A stretch of 63,654 nt of DNA, counting the filler, from Reticulomyxa filosa (Eukaryota > Protista > Foraminifera), in NCBI GenBank assembly GCA_000512085.1. It is 22 parts of 22 records of this genome, joined end to end, with 100 filler letters (N's around TTAATTAATTAA, not from the genome) between each part and the next. Parts side by side here need not be neighbours in the genome. Positions count along the whole stretch, not along the records: positions 39,448 to 44,208 come from ASPP01001877.1; positions 44,309 to 46,536 come from ASPP01026817.1; positions 46,637 to 57,356 come from ASPP01003186.1; 19 more parts are not named here. The stretch is one strand, 5' to 3'. The notes beneath the pieces were generated by a model. That model saw only the letters and a list, made by a program, of their open reading frames with translations, had not been told where the DNA came from and searched no databases. This document shows positions 40,394-52,351 of the stretch, one piece after another (position 1 is the stretch's first letter; every line of letters starts with the position of its first letter). The position numbers and the translations under genes were made by a program.

Positions 40394-40952
40394 GCAACTA
40401 ACTTTTTCATGTTTGAAATATTTCATGTATCATCTAAATTACTTAAATCATTTACTGGACATATAATAAGGTGAACAGTATTGATTATTCAACATTTGAC
40501 TATGGCCAATTCATTTGTTCTGGATCACACGATAAAACAGTTCGTGTATGGAATATAGAGACCAACAAACAAATTCAATCATTCAATGGACATTTAAATT
40601 ATGTGTATTCTGTGAAATTTTCACCATATCATTATTATAATCATTGTTGTAATATCATTTGCTCTTCATCATATGATGGAATCACATCAAAAGTAATCGA
40701 CAATTGTAAATATAGCAGTGTAAAGCATGGATTAAATAAATTAGGAAATACAATATTATGTGGATCATGGGATTGCAGTGTTCGTTTATGGAATATTCGA
40801 TCAAATAAAAAGGAATTGCATGCGATCAATGGAAGTGATAAGATAATAGAATAAGATATCTTAAATTTCTGCAATATAAAAACAATAGCAGTAGATTTAT
40901 TAATTTGTGTTATGATGGTTCAAACAGGGGTTATATTTGTATTTGTGGATAG
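40394..40952 (+). pseudogene. Internally deleted WD40 paralogue
   Basis: ATNFFMFEIFHVSSKLLKSFTGH...CSGSHDKTVRVWNIE...CGSWDCSVRLWNIRSNKKEL is colinear with 55381-56480 but lacks several repeats and terminates early. Confidence 0.75.
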
Positions 40953-41162
40953 TGTCATTTTTCCACTGACATGTGATCTTACAAAGGAAGTTTTTTATAA
41001 TTATTTGTCAAATTGCATTACGATCAATCTTTTTCAAATATCAATAATATGTTCTGAGTTTTTACTTATTAAAAACGATCACATCCCTTTTATCAATCAA
41101 ATAATTTTTTTATTTTTAATCGTTACAAACGAATCTTATTCACAAAAATAAAATAAAGAACA

Positions 41163-44100
41163 TTAAAATATTCCGCCACGTTGTTTTACAAGCAATTTTT
41201 GTTCATCTTCCAAACCCTTTGCGTCCTTCCAAATACTTCCTTTCATTGATAAACCACTTTGAACACCTACTTTCCAAACATAATCCACAACACTAGTTTC
41301 AGTTACATCAATAATATCACCATCATCACTACCCCATAATCGAATTGTTTTATCCGTTGAACATGATACTAGTTTTGAACCATCGGGTGATAAATGAATG
41401 CAACTAATATTTCCGTTATGTCCTTCTAATACTTGAATTTGTTTTCCTGAAGACACGTCCCATATCCGAATAGTTTTGTCATCTGAATATGAAATAATTT
41501 TAGAATCATTCAATAAAAAGTTTATTCCCCGTACACTGTCTGAATGTCCTTTTAGTATTTGGATTTGTTTACTTGTCAATACATCCCACAATCGAATTAT
41601 TTTATCTTTTGATGAAGATGCAATTGTAGTACCATCTGAAGAAAATCTTGCTTCAGTTACACCTTCACTTTCAAATAAAAAAAGTTCTCTTCCAGCTGAT
41701 ATATCCCATAATCTAATTTTCCTTTCCAATCCTGAATACGATACAAACTTAGAACAATCTGATGAAATGTGTATCCCATTTATAAAACTTGTATGTCCTT
41801 CGAATATCTGAATTTGATTACCAGATAATGCATTCCACAATCTAATTGTATTATCCCATGAACAAGATATAATTTCATATCTATCTTTCAAAAATTGTGC
41901 ATCAGTTATAATACTGGAATGTCCATCTAATAATCCTATTTGTCTTCCTGATAATATATCCCATATTCGAATTGTGCTATCAGATGAACATGACACAAGT
42001 TTTGAACCATCTGGTGAAAAATGTACTTTTGTCACCGAACTTGAATGTCCTTCCAATAATTGAAGCTGTTTTCCTGATAACACATCCCATATTCTGATTG
42101 TTTTGTCATATGAATATGATACAATTTTGGAATCGTCTGATAAAAATAATACACCATTTACACTATCTGAATGACCTTCAAATATTTGAATTTGTCTTCC
42201 TGATTTTACATCCCATAATCGTACTGTTTTATCTTTAGAGCCTGATGCAATTTTAGAACCGTCATGAGAAAATTCTACTGTTATCACAAAGTCCAAATAT
42301 CCTTCTGTTAAATGAATTTTTCTTTCTAAAGATATATCCCATATTCGAATAGTATTATCAGCTGAACATGATAAAATTTTTGGCTCATTTGGGAAAAATT
42401 CAACATTGATTATATAACTTAAATGTCCTTCTAATGCTTGAATTTGTTTTCCTGATGATACATCCCATAATCGAATTGTACCATCTTTTGAGCCAGATGC
42501 AATTCTTGAACCATCCAATGAAAATTTTACTGTATTTGAAGCACTTGGCTCTTCTAAAACTTGTAGTTGTTTTCCAGATAACAAATCCCATATTCGAATT
42601 GTTTTATCCCATGAATATGATAAAAATTTTGAACCATCTGATGATAATTGAATTCCATTTATATCATCTGTATGTCCTTCCAATAATTGAAGTTGTTGAC
42701 CTGATAATGCGTCCCATATTCGAATAGTTTTATCATTTGCGTATGATATTATCTTTGTTCCATCGGACATAAATTGTACCTCAATTGTCTCATTTTCATT
42801 TCTTCCTAATGATAAAAGCTGTCCTCCAGAAAATACATCCCATATTCGAATGGAATTATCGTTTAAACATGACACAATTTTAGAATTATCTGGTGAAAAT
42901 TGCAGTTTTGTCGCCCGACTTGAATGTCCACTTAATAATTGAATTTGTTTTCCAGATGACACATCCCATATTCGAATAGTGTCGTCATATGAACAAGATG
43001 CAATCTTGGAATCATCTGCTGAAAATACTGCTAAGTTTATAGATTGTAAATGATCCAATATTTGAATTTGATGTCCTAATAGTACATCCCATATAATAAT
43101 TGCAGCCCATGAACACGATACAATTTTGGAATCATCATGTGAAAATTGAGCCATTTTTATTGAATCTGAATGTCCTTTTAATACGTGAAGATGTTTTCTT
43201 GAGGATGTATCCCATATTCGAATAATGTTATCTCTGGAATAAGATAATATTTTTGTTCCATCAGATGAAAATTGAATTCCCATTATTCCATCTGGCTGTC
43301 CTTCTAAATATGCATATTCTCCGAAGTAGATGTCATTCATTGATGCATTTGTGAAATTGACCTTGGTTAAACAAGTTTGATAAAAACGCACATGATCTAA
43401 ATTTGCATTACTAAAATTAGTTCCTTCAAGAAATGCACGATCTAAAATTGCATAAGGAATTTTTATATTATTCCAATTTTGATAGTCCATGTCAACATTA
43501 GCCGAATTGAGTACAGTGATTGCATTTGCTGCTGCAATACTAACATTTTCATTATTCTTTGATGATTCAATGATCCGAAATAATCTTGATTTTAAATTTA
43601 CAAATATTGGATTATTGTCATGAATTTTTTCAGCAATAAATTGAATAATTCCCAATTCTTCATTTAATAATTTATGATTGATAGAAAATTTTTGAACATG
43701 TGTTTCAAATTGTTGTTGAAATTGCTGATTATCAACAGTGACAGCATTTGGTTTCCATGAAATAATGTCAAATATAATCTTTTGTGCAGCATAATATTCT
43801 TGACATGATTTATGTAAAAATTGATATTTATTATCACCAACTCTTCTCAATACATATTTGGCAATACTATCACCATTGAAATATTGTTCCCAAATATCAT
43901 ATGTTTTTTTAACAGATGTTTTATCTTCATTTGTTTTTAACTCTAATTTTTCATCCATATATTTACTTTCCACTTCCATTGACGGATCCAATTTACTCCA
44001 AATATTATTACTTTCATATTCTTTATAATCATTTTCTGTTGCAACTTGATTTCCTTGCATAAACATTTCAAACCCTAAATTTTGACAATATTGTTGAAAA

Positions 44101-44207
44101 GCAAATTTGATTTTTTTTGGATTTGTTTGAATTCTTAATTCTGATAATTTATTTGAAATATTTGTAACATGAATATCAATCCATTGTTCATTAAATGCTT
44201 CATATAC
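41163..44207 (-). CDS. NACHT (C-terminal WH/HD2) - pentapeptide repeat - WD40 array protein (NLR/HET-E-like), 5' truncated
   Basis: The frame is open to the contig edge (VYEAFNEQW...). YQFLHKSCQEYYAAQKI is the NACHT FxHxSxQEY motif; AAANAITVLN; LDRAFLEGTNFSNANLDHVRF are pentapeptide repeats; about 15 repeats of LEGH...FSxDGSKIVSxSxDKTIRIWD follow. Confidence 0.9.
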   Translation of the reverse strand, partial: VYEAFNEQWIDIHVTNISNKLSELRIQTNPKKIKFAFQQYCQNLGFEMFMQGNQVATENDYKEYESNNIWSKLDPSMEVESKYMDEKLELKTNEDKTSVKKTYDIWEQYFNGDSIAKYVLRRVGDNKYQFLHKSCQEYYAAQKIIFDIISWKPNAVTVDNQQFQQQFETHVQKFSINHKLLNEELGIIQFIAEKIHDNNPIFVNLKSRLFRIIESSKNNENVSIAAANAITVLNSANVDMDYQNWNNIKIPYAILDRAFLEGTNFSNANLDHVRFYQTCLTKVNFTNASMNDIYFGEYAYLEGQPDGIMGIQFSSDGTKILSYSRDNIIRIWDTSSRKHLHVLKGHSDSIKMAQFSHDDSKIVSCSWAAIIIWDVLLGHQIQILDHLQSINLAVFSADDSKIASCSYDDTIRIWDVSSGKQIQLLSGHSSRATKLQFSPDNSKIVSCLNDNSIRIWDVFSGGQLLSLGRNENETIEVQFMSDGTKIISYANDKTIRIWDALSGQQLQLLEGHTDDINGIQLSSDGSKFLSYSWDKTIRIWDLLSGKQLQVLEEPSASNTVKFSLDGSRIASGSKDGTIRLWDVSSGKQIQALEGHLSYIINVEFFPNEPKILSCSADNTIRIWDISLERKIHLTEGYLDFVITVEFSHDGSKIASGSKDKTVRLWDVKSGRQIQIFEGHSDSVNGVLFLSDDSKIVSYSYDKTIRIWDVLSGKQLQLLEGHSSSVTKVHFSPDGSKLVSCSSDSTIRIWDILSGRQIGLLDGHSSIITDAQFLKDRYEIISCSWDNTIRLWNALSGNQIQIFEGHTSFINGIHISSDCSKFVSYSGLERKIRLWDISAGRELFLFESEGVTEARFSSDGTTIASSSKDKIIRLWDVLTSKQIQILKGHSDSVRGINFLLNDSKIISYSDDKTIRIWDVSSGKQIQVLEGHNGNISCIHLSPDGSKLVSCSTDKTIRLWGSDDGDIIDVTETSVVDYVWKVGVQSGLSMKGSIWKDAKGLEDEQKLLVKQRGGIF

Positions 44208-44308
44208 TNNNNNNNNNNNNNNNNNNNNNNNNNNNNNNNNNNNNNNNNNNNNTTAATTAATTAANNNNNNNNNNNNNNNNNNNNNNNNNNNNNNNNNNNN
44301 NNNNNNNN

Positions 44309-44733
44309 CAAATTCAAATGCAAATACAATTGATGACAATGAACTTGTGTGGATAAATTCATGTCCCAATGACTTTGTAATTGGTGCAAAACATAAGTTG
44401 TCGATGACCGAATTTGACGTGTTTTTGGAATATATGGGGATGCCAAAATCGTCTTTTCGAGGCCACGGTCATGCGCATAAAATTCCGCACTTCATCAGCA
44501 CCACCCATGCCCACGTGGCATACTCGATTGGACAGTGCTGGATCTATCGTTTGGAGCTGTTCAAGCAGCTGCACAAGAAGCCGTTGCGTCGGTACGCCCA
44601 CCTGGACGACGCACTATCGACCATCTTCAAGCACCTGCCACCGGCGGAGGATTGGAACGTGCAGCCAAAGTATGGTTCCCACATGCATATTGATAGTGCT
44701 GTCTTATCGACTTCTTCTTATTTATTTTTATCG

Positions 44734-44765
<32 letters not shown>

Positions 44766-45358
44766 TTCTTCTTCTTCTTCTTCTTCTTCATCACCATCAT
44801 CATGTTATCAGTATAATCTTCGTCAAATCCCATCGCCTTATTATTTGAACGGCAATGCCAAAGAGTACTACTCGCCCTATTTGTTTGGTAGCTGTGACAA
44901 GTCAAACTTTGAGCTGCTGTATCACTTGCTGTTGTCCAATGGCGGCAATGACAACTTTGGCATTGACATTGGTGTACATGCAAATGCAAATGCAAATGCA
45001 AATGCAAATGCACATCCTAATATCACTATCAATGACTCAGTACTGTATGCTCTGTTGTCATGCTTGAGCAATCACTGCTTCCCAAGCATGTACATCGTCG
45101 AAGACTTGACTACGCACTTCTTGCAGTATTTGCAAAATGAGTGCATCCAAGGCGACGAGTTTGTGATGAAGAAGCTCATCAGCATGTCCAGCTTGTGGTC
45201 GAAAAGTCACGAATCCAATCACTATGACTCTGCTGCTGCTATTACTGCTGCTGCTGCTGCTGCTGCTGCCGTCGTTGTCGTCGGCAGCTCAGATGCCAAT
45301 GGCACCAATCCAAGCTTTGCGCTCGATGGTAACAATGATGGATTCCATGGCAACGATG

Positions 45359-45401
<43 letters not shown>

Positions 45402-46536
45402 TAACAATAATAACTCTCATTTCGATTACCACGCGCGACATCAAAACCATCTTCGCAACAACTTGCTGTGGCACTCCAGCTCGCGTCGCTTGTCTCCTTG
45501 GCGCGTATATCAGAGCTTCGTCCTGCAGCAACGGGAGAGGAACAGGGAGATGAAACGCAAGAGGGAAAGCGAGAAGGAAGGGGGAGGGGAACGAGAACGT
45601 GAACGAGAGCGACAGCGACGAGACAGACAAGAAACTGTGCTAAAGTGTTGTCGGGTTTGTCCTTTTTTGTTGGAATTGTGGATGGGTGTCATTCAAATCA
45701 ATGAAATGGAGAAACTACTGGGGGCACTCCAATTTGTCAATGCTGGCTTCAAATCATCCAATGGTCGACCTATGGACATCTTGCTTCTTTACTTTGACGA
45801 CTTTTTGTATCGGGGATATGGACTCGATCCATGCAACGAAACCAGGAAACAAATGGAAAATATCTTCACTTGTGGCATTCGTCTCAAAGGCACTCTTTAT
45901 AAAATTGGTGTATATAACAAGGCCATGCTCGAACACAATGTCCTCGTCATGGTCAGTAGCGAAGACGAAAGGATGCTACTCAAATGGTATCAATATGTTG
46001 GCTTGCAAGACTTCTTCGTTCACAAAAGCATGCAGCTGCATGTTGGATGCATCAATCTGCTCAACAACATGATTCTATGGGACCCGACCAAGTCGAATCT
46101 GTTCAATGATGAAACAACCACTGCTGGCATTACTGCATGCTCCGCACATGCTCGACATCCTTTTCCCACCCGGAAGCTGAGACCTTTGGATGTGGATGAG
46201 GACATCCTTGTCATTGAGGATCTGCCATGCGTGGATGAGACCTTGTACTGCGGGTATATCAATGTCCACTGCATACCCAGCGTCTTGTTCCCAAACATGG
46301 TTAAGAAGCAGCATCGAGAGAGACAGCCCAGCGCAAGTCACAAAGTCGACGTCAAGCACAAGAGCAAGAAGCAGCATTCGAACGACCACGTTGACGTCAG
46401 TGCAGTTGGACATGAACGCGAGCATGACAATAGCAAAAAGAACAATGATGGCCATGGGGACAATAACAATAACAATAACAATAGCAATAACAATAGTAAT
46501 AATAATAATAACAATAACAATAACAATAATAATAAC
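44309..46536 (+). CDS. Divergent eukaryotic RNA-dependent RNA polymerase (RDR/QDE-1)-like protein, internal fragment
   Basis: Ordered degenerate RDR motifs: SIGQCWIYRLEL; CRVCPFLLEL; LLLYFDDF; IFTCGIRLKGTLYKIGVYNKAMLEHN (cf. L.NGI.I..R.Y.FLAFS.SQLR.H); WYQYVG; ILVIEDL; LYCGYI (cf. SDGCG.IS). The catalytic DxDGD motif is not within the contig. Confidence 0.5.
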
Positions 46537-47556
46537 NNNNNNNNNNNNNNNNNNNNNNNNNNNNNNNNNNNNNNNNNNNNTTAATTAATTAANNNNNNNN
46601 NNNNNNNNNNNNNNNNNNNNNNNNNNNNNNNNNNNNCTTCGGCGTTAGCTTACTTCTGTGGAATATCCAGTCTTCTCAAAAATTTATTTCGAAGAGGTGA
46701 AGACAATAAAGCTCAGTTACTACAAAACAAAAGATTATTTTTTAAACAATGATTAATTTCACATTTACTCTGTTTTAATAATTTAAAGCTATGTAGGAAA
46801 AGGAAAAAGTAAGGCACTAAGGTAAATTTACACTTTCGAGTAAATTTTACAGAAAACGGGTGTAATTAAATAATGAGTAGAATGATCAACGCAACAGCAA
46901 AGAAAGACACAAGGACGAGAAGTGAAGATTTTTGAGAAAAGAATCTTCACATTCCAAGTGAGACATCACTTGCAATTAGTATTGAATTGCCCACACTCAT
47001 TTGTTTGTTAAATTAAGGCAAATGCATTTATTTTTCCTGTCGTCATCAAATTTTTTTTAAGACAAGGCAATAAAATATTTTTTTAAAGAGTTAAGAAAAA
47101 AAAATTGTATTTGGGACGCCATTTTCCTGCATAAAAATTTATTCTTTGGTTGTATAATTTCATCAAGTCAGTTGTCTGTATGCGCCTCGAAGTAATTAAT
47201 GTAAAGTGAAACTCAATCTCAACTTGTCGTTCCCCGTGAACTAAACTAGCACCCAAACAAGTTCCTTTGTTGAAGTCGATTCTTGCAGCATAAAAGTGTA
47301 GTAATATCGAAACAAGAAAGAAAAGAAAAGGTTTTTATACAATACACATTGTTTTTTTTTCTTCTTTTTATCACAATGATGATTATCTGATAATTAGTCT
47401 ACCACAACTCAGTGTAACACAAATTCCAGTTATCATTTGCAGCAAAGCAATTTTTTAAATCAGAGCCAGTCCAAGAGTTAAAAATTCACTCCATTATCTG
47501 TTTTTTATTTTTCGACAAAAGATAGCTCCAAATCACTCAATAGATCTTTCAGTGCC

Positions 47557-48580
47557 ATGAAAAAACGAACCACAAGTCACTTTCAGTCGTTGACTCCGTT
47601 ACCCACTCTACTTTTGACTCAGTGCGTAGTATATAAAGATGAAATACTTATTTGTGGGGCCGCACATGAAAAAAATTGCTATTCCTATCACACAATTAAA
47701 AATGAGTACAAATTGATTTGTTCTTACCCAAGTGATATAAGATTGAATAAATTTTGCGTAACAAAACTTTTGAATAAAAATAATAATGATAATCCGAATG
47801 AAATAACTTTATTATTTTTTGATGGAAAAGATAAACATACATTAATAATGAATTATAAAAGTGTTTGGAGTGAAGAGAATAAAAATGGGACAAATGAGAC
47901 AAAAAAATATAATGAGTGGGTTTATTGCAATAAATCAATTAATATTAGAAGATATAAAGATAATTGTGGAATGAGATCAGTAATTGGTGGAATGAATAAT
48001 AATTTGTTATTTATTACATATTTTCCAAAAAATATTGCTGTATTTGATTTAAATACTTTTCAATGTATTAAAGATGATAGTTTGCCGACAGAGCATCCCA
48101 TATCTTCTCATTGTTTTATATTGAGATCAGAAAAAAAAAATAAAAATGAAATGTTATTATTTGTGAAAATGAAGGACTGTCAATTAAATATGATGAAAAC
48201 GCTAGAAAATTTTATTTTGATAAATTGTCCGTTTGTGAAAGCATTTCGTCATTTAATTCATATGCTTATGTATATATTAGGGATGTTATATTATTTTTTG
48301 GTGGATGGGGCAATAACAACAGTTCAAAATCGGTATATAGATATTCTATTCAAAAAAATGAATGGATTACATTTAGTAATGCTTTGCCTATTCCATTATT
48401 TGATTGTGCCGCAGTGTTAAATAAGGATAATACATATATTTACATTCTTGGGGAAATATATGGATCAACAACAAGCATGAAAACAAAAGTAAGTACATGG
48501 TTAAGTGAAGAGGAGACAAAACGAAATAGATCATTATGTGTGACAGAAGAGAAGAAAGATGAACAGATGAACGAATATGT
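47557..48580 (+). CDS. Kelch-like beta-propeller (lineage-expanded family), one-base frameshift at ~48160
   Basis: FQSLTPLP..QCVVYKDEILICG..CYSYHTIKNEYKLICSYP, RSVIGG.NNNLLFITY, AYVYIRDVILFFGGW. Adding one T at 48160-48162 restores EMLLFCENEGLSIKYDE, as in the paralogue EMLLFCKDIGLSIEYDE. Confidence 0.75.
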
Positions 48581-48639
48581 TAATGTTAGGTTATTTTGTT
48601 TGTTTGTTTATTTGTTAATTATCATTCTTTGTTAAGTAA

Positions 48640-49992
48640 ATGAATCACAAAAACAAAAACAAGAGAAAAGAAGAAAGAAGAAAATGGATGAAATGGTGGA
48701 AAGAAAGAAACGAAAAAGACAAAGCAGACGTGATTAAACGATTTGAACAATTGTCAAGTAATGATTTCGAAAGATGGTTGTTGAAAGAGAGTAAATGGAA
48801 AACAAATTTTAAAAAACAAGATATGTACGCTATTTGTATTGCAATTGAAGCTTATATTAATTATTGTTCTAGTGATGACGAATACGTTTTGTATTTGCAC
48901 AATTTTTTTTTTTTTTTTTTTTTTTGAATACTTTTTTATTTGTTCAATAATTGAGATTTATAAAAAATAAAATTAAAAAATATCAAATAGTCAAAAGTTT
49001 ATGTAATAATAAATGGAAAAAAAGAATTAATAAAAATGAAAGAATTAACATTTGAAGAACTTGTTCGTCAAAGCTTTAGTCATTTAAAACTAAACGACTT
49101 TAAAAAAATCGAAAATGAAAATTTGAAATTAAAAATAATGGATACGAATAACAAGATTATAGACTCAGATGAAGATATAAAACAAAAATTTAACCAAAAT
49201 AGTGGCAATAGTAATAATGAACCTTTATTTAAAATAACTTGGACACAATTTGAACAGAGGAAAATAATAAAAAATCCATTAGTAATAATAATTGCCATTA
49301 GTGAATACGAAGATAAAAGAATATGGTCTGATCTTAGTGGTGTAAAAGAAAAAGATTTAAATAATTATAAGCAATTATTCCAAAAAGAATTAAAATATGA
49401 AGTCATACATAATCAATGTCCAAAAATGACAAAGCAAGATGTTCAAAACTTTATGGATAAAATAATTCTAAAAAATGAACTTCGTAAAAATCGTAATAAT
49501 TATGATGGGTTAATTATTATTATTTGTGGACACGGAAAAAATGATAATTTAATTGCAAGCGACGGAAAAGAAATATCCATAGATAAAATATTTGAGAGAT
49601 TTAATTGTACGGAGATGGAAGCGTTCAAACATTTTCCTAAAATGTGTATAATTGATATTTGTCGTGGCAAAAATATTCCAGTATGTCCGGAAATTACAGA
49701 AATGAGAGGAAATAATCATAATGTTAGTCAGTTATATGAACATAATGGTGTCGATTATTTAATTATTTGGTCAACTACAAAAGGTTATCAAATACCGGAT
49801 TTAGGATTATTAAGTACGTGTATTAAAGATACCGTTATTGAAAAATATAAAACTGGTTGCTCATTTAATCAAATCTTAAAACAAGTTCAAAATGATATTT
49901 TCAATTATGAAAAAGGTAAATGGTACTGCATAGAAGTTCATGATACTACTTCTTATGTTATTGTTCTTGTTGCAAGACAGTCTGCCATGTAG
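48640..49992 (+). CDS. Caspase-like (peptidase C14) protein with upstream helical and PB1-like segments
   Basis: NPLVIIIAISEY, DGLIIIICGHG (catalytic His) and PKMCIIDICRG (catalytic Cys, cf. PKLFIIQACRG). A phase-0 intron (~48885-48990) joins exon 48640-48884 in frame to SKVYVIING...IIDSDEDIKQKF. Confidence 0.85.
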
Positions 49993-51052
49993 ACATTTGA
50001 ATTTTACTTTTTTTTTCTCTCTTGATTTTTGATTTCAAAAATTTAAAGTGATCAATTCGTACAAGTTGCTAAGTACTTTTACCTTTGGTTGATTACATCC
50101 TTTCTTTTAATTCGAATATTTGAATCCAACGTACACGTGCGGTCATAGATGTATTACCATCTACAATCGCCTTCAATTGATAAGGGAATGAAATCCACAA
50201 ACCATCCTATCAATGCATGCGAAAAAACGTACTAGCTCATTATAGTCTTTCCTTAGTCACATAGTACTCATTCTTTCTTTCATACTTTTGTTCGTATCCA
50301 AAGAAAGAAAAAAAGTAATACTCGACTATTAAGACTATTCTTGCTTTGCACTTTTCTTTGTGGATTGTTTTTAATTTCAAATGTTTTCGAAAGCGTTATA
50401 TTTGCAAACATAAATACTAAATTTTGTTTAAATGGTTTTAGTGCTGAAAGTGTATTGATTTATTGATTCAGATCATTAATGGAAAAGAAACGTTTTATAA
50501 AATTGTGTAATGAAAAGCAGTCTGTTGTGTCCTTGCTTTTGTAAGAAAGCGCTGATTTGGACGTGTATTTCAAGTATTTACTTTTGAGGCTCTTTTTTAA
50601 AAGAAAACAAATAAAAACAAAATCCAAAAATGAAACAAAAGAGTAAAAGTGTTGAAAGAAAAAGTTTTTTGGAAAGAAGGGATTCGCCAGTTCAGGGCTA
50701 ACTTCTTTGTAGGTAGGGTCTCTCCCTACACTTTTTTTAAAAGCTGTTGCTCCATTAAGGGTGACTTATGGAAACATTTGCTTTGATTATCCAAAAATAA
50801 TTTTTATTTCTCTGAAGGTAAATCGTGTTTGCTCAACTCAAAATTTTTTGTTACTATGCATTATTTTATTTAGCTATGATAAATTCTCATGATTTGCCAA
50901 AAGAAAAATGTTCCTTGCCTACACACGTTGAAAACTTTTTGATCCGGAACGACCAAGCCGCAAAGGGAACTACAAAAAAAATAAAAATAAACATACTTTT
51001 CTTATTTTTTACGTTTTGTTAACTTTCAAACAAATCTTTTCAAAAAGGAACT

Positions 51053-51688
51053 ATGCTCCATTGCAGTCGATTTTTGCCTTTATTGGCCAGACGAGTGAAT
51101 AGCGGAAGTGCTTTGCATCTGACATACTCAGTAAGAACCGCCACGACCTTGGTGTTGGAATTACGCAGCGGACGCCTGGGTCAATTCAAATTGAACAGTC
51201 AAACAGATTTAGAAAAGCTGTTGGACAGGTTTGATTATTGCTATGTATCACTTTGTCACGTTGTATACTTTTCCGGTTCTTTTTTCTGTCCTTTTCCTTT
51301 TTTTTTCCTCCCCTTTTTTTTACCAAGAAAAGGGAGGAAAGCTTGAAATTTCCAGAAGATAATGATTAAAGATTTTTGTGTGTGTTTGATTTGGTAAAAC
51401 TACAGAACTGGCAGCATAGGATTGGTGGCAGATGAAGAACCAGCCGAAGAAGAAGGAGAAGAAGAAGAAGTAGTGCCGATAGTAGCCAACATTGAAGAGA
51501 TTCAAAAAGACAAAGTGTATCTGTTAGCATATGGCGCAGAAGAAGGAGAAGGGTTTGAAGAATCTGATTTTCATCCCGATTTAGATGAGGTCCAAGATGG
51601 AAGAGAATTCTCAGCAGAAAAAGAAGAAAGAGAACAAGAATATTCTCGTCCACAACAATCTCAAAAATTCAATCCAAAACGAAAATAA
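51053..51688 (+). CDS. Small two-exon acidic hypothetical protein, possible mitochondrial presequence
   Basis: R/L/S-rich, acid-free N-terminus MLHCSRFLPLLARRVNSGSALHLTYSVRT; intron ~51245-51406; E-rich second exon. Confidence 0.5.
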
Positions 51689-52351
51689 ACGCGAGGAAAT
51701 AAAGCTATTCAAAAATCCTTTTTTTTGTCTTTTTATTTTTTTTAGAACATTGGTGAGATAAGTTATTGTTGTTATTATCACAAATTCTTGTTTTTTTTAA
51801 ATTCAAAGGAACTGAGGGGCAAAAACTTTAAATCCCTCCTCCTTTCCTTTTGAACATCTTAATTCACAAAAATTCATTTCAATTATTCTTGAGAAAATGG
51901 CCTTCCTCTCTCACTCAATAAGTTTTCATTTCAATCTTTGAAAAAAAAACTAGATTAGTTTTTTTCCATTCGTGTGTGCCCCGTTTATTTCGCAAGAAAA
52001 GTTTAACTTTTTTTGGTGTTTGATTAATCTTACCTTGTTTTTTAAAGTTGGGTCTCAGTGAGGGAGTGTTCAAGTATTTTAAGCTGCTGTCTGTTGATTG
52101 TGGATCTTTATTTATTTGAGGAAGGGAAACAAAATTTTTGTTTTTTCGAATGACCACGTTTAAGCACGATTCGAATAACTAAAAAAGGAATTATTACTGA
52201 GGCAGATGTTATCTTACACACTGAGTGAAGAGGCAAGGGGTGGGGAGAGGAAAAAAAAGAGAACAAGGGGGGGGAGGGGACGTTGTCAACACCCGTTTTG
52301 TCTGCGACAAACGACCGGACCAAAGAATTAATTTAATATAAAAAAAAAAAG

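Noticed and set aside
41163-49992. NLR, RdRP-like and caspase genes as a physically clustered defence island
   Set aside because: They lie on three different contigs separated by artificial spacers, so the proximity is not real.
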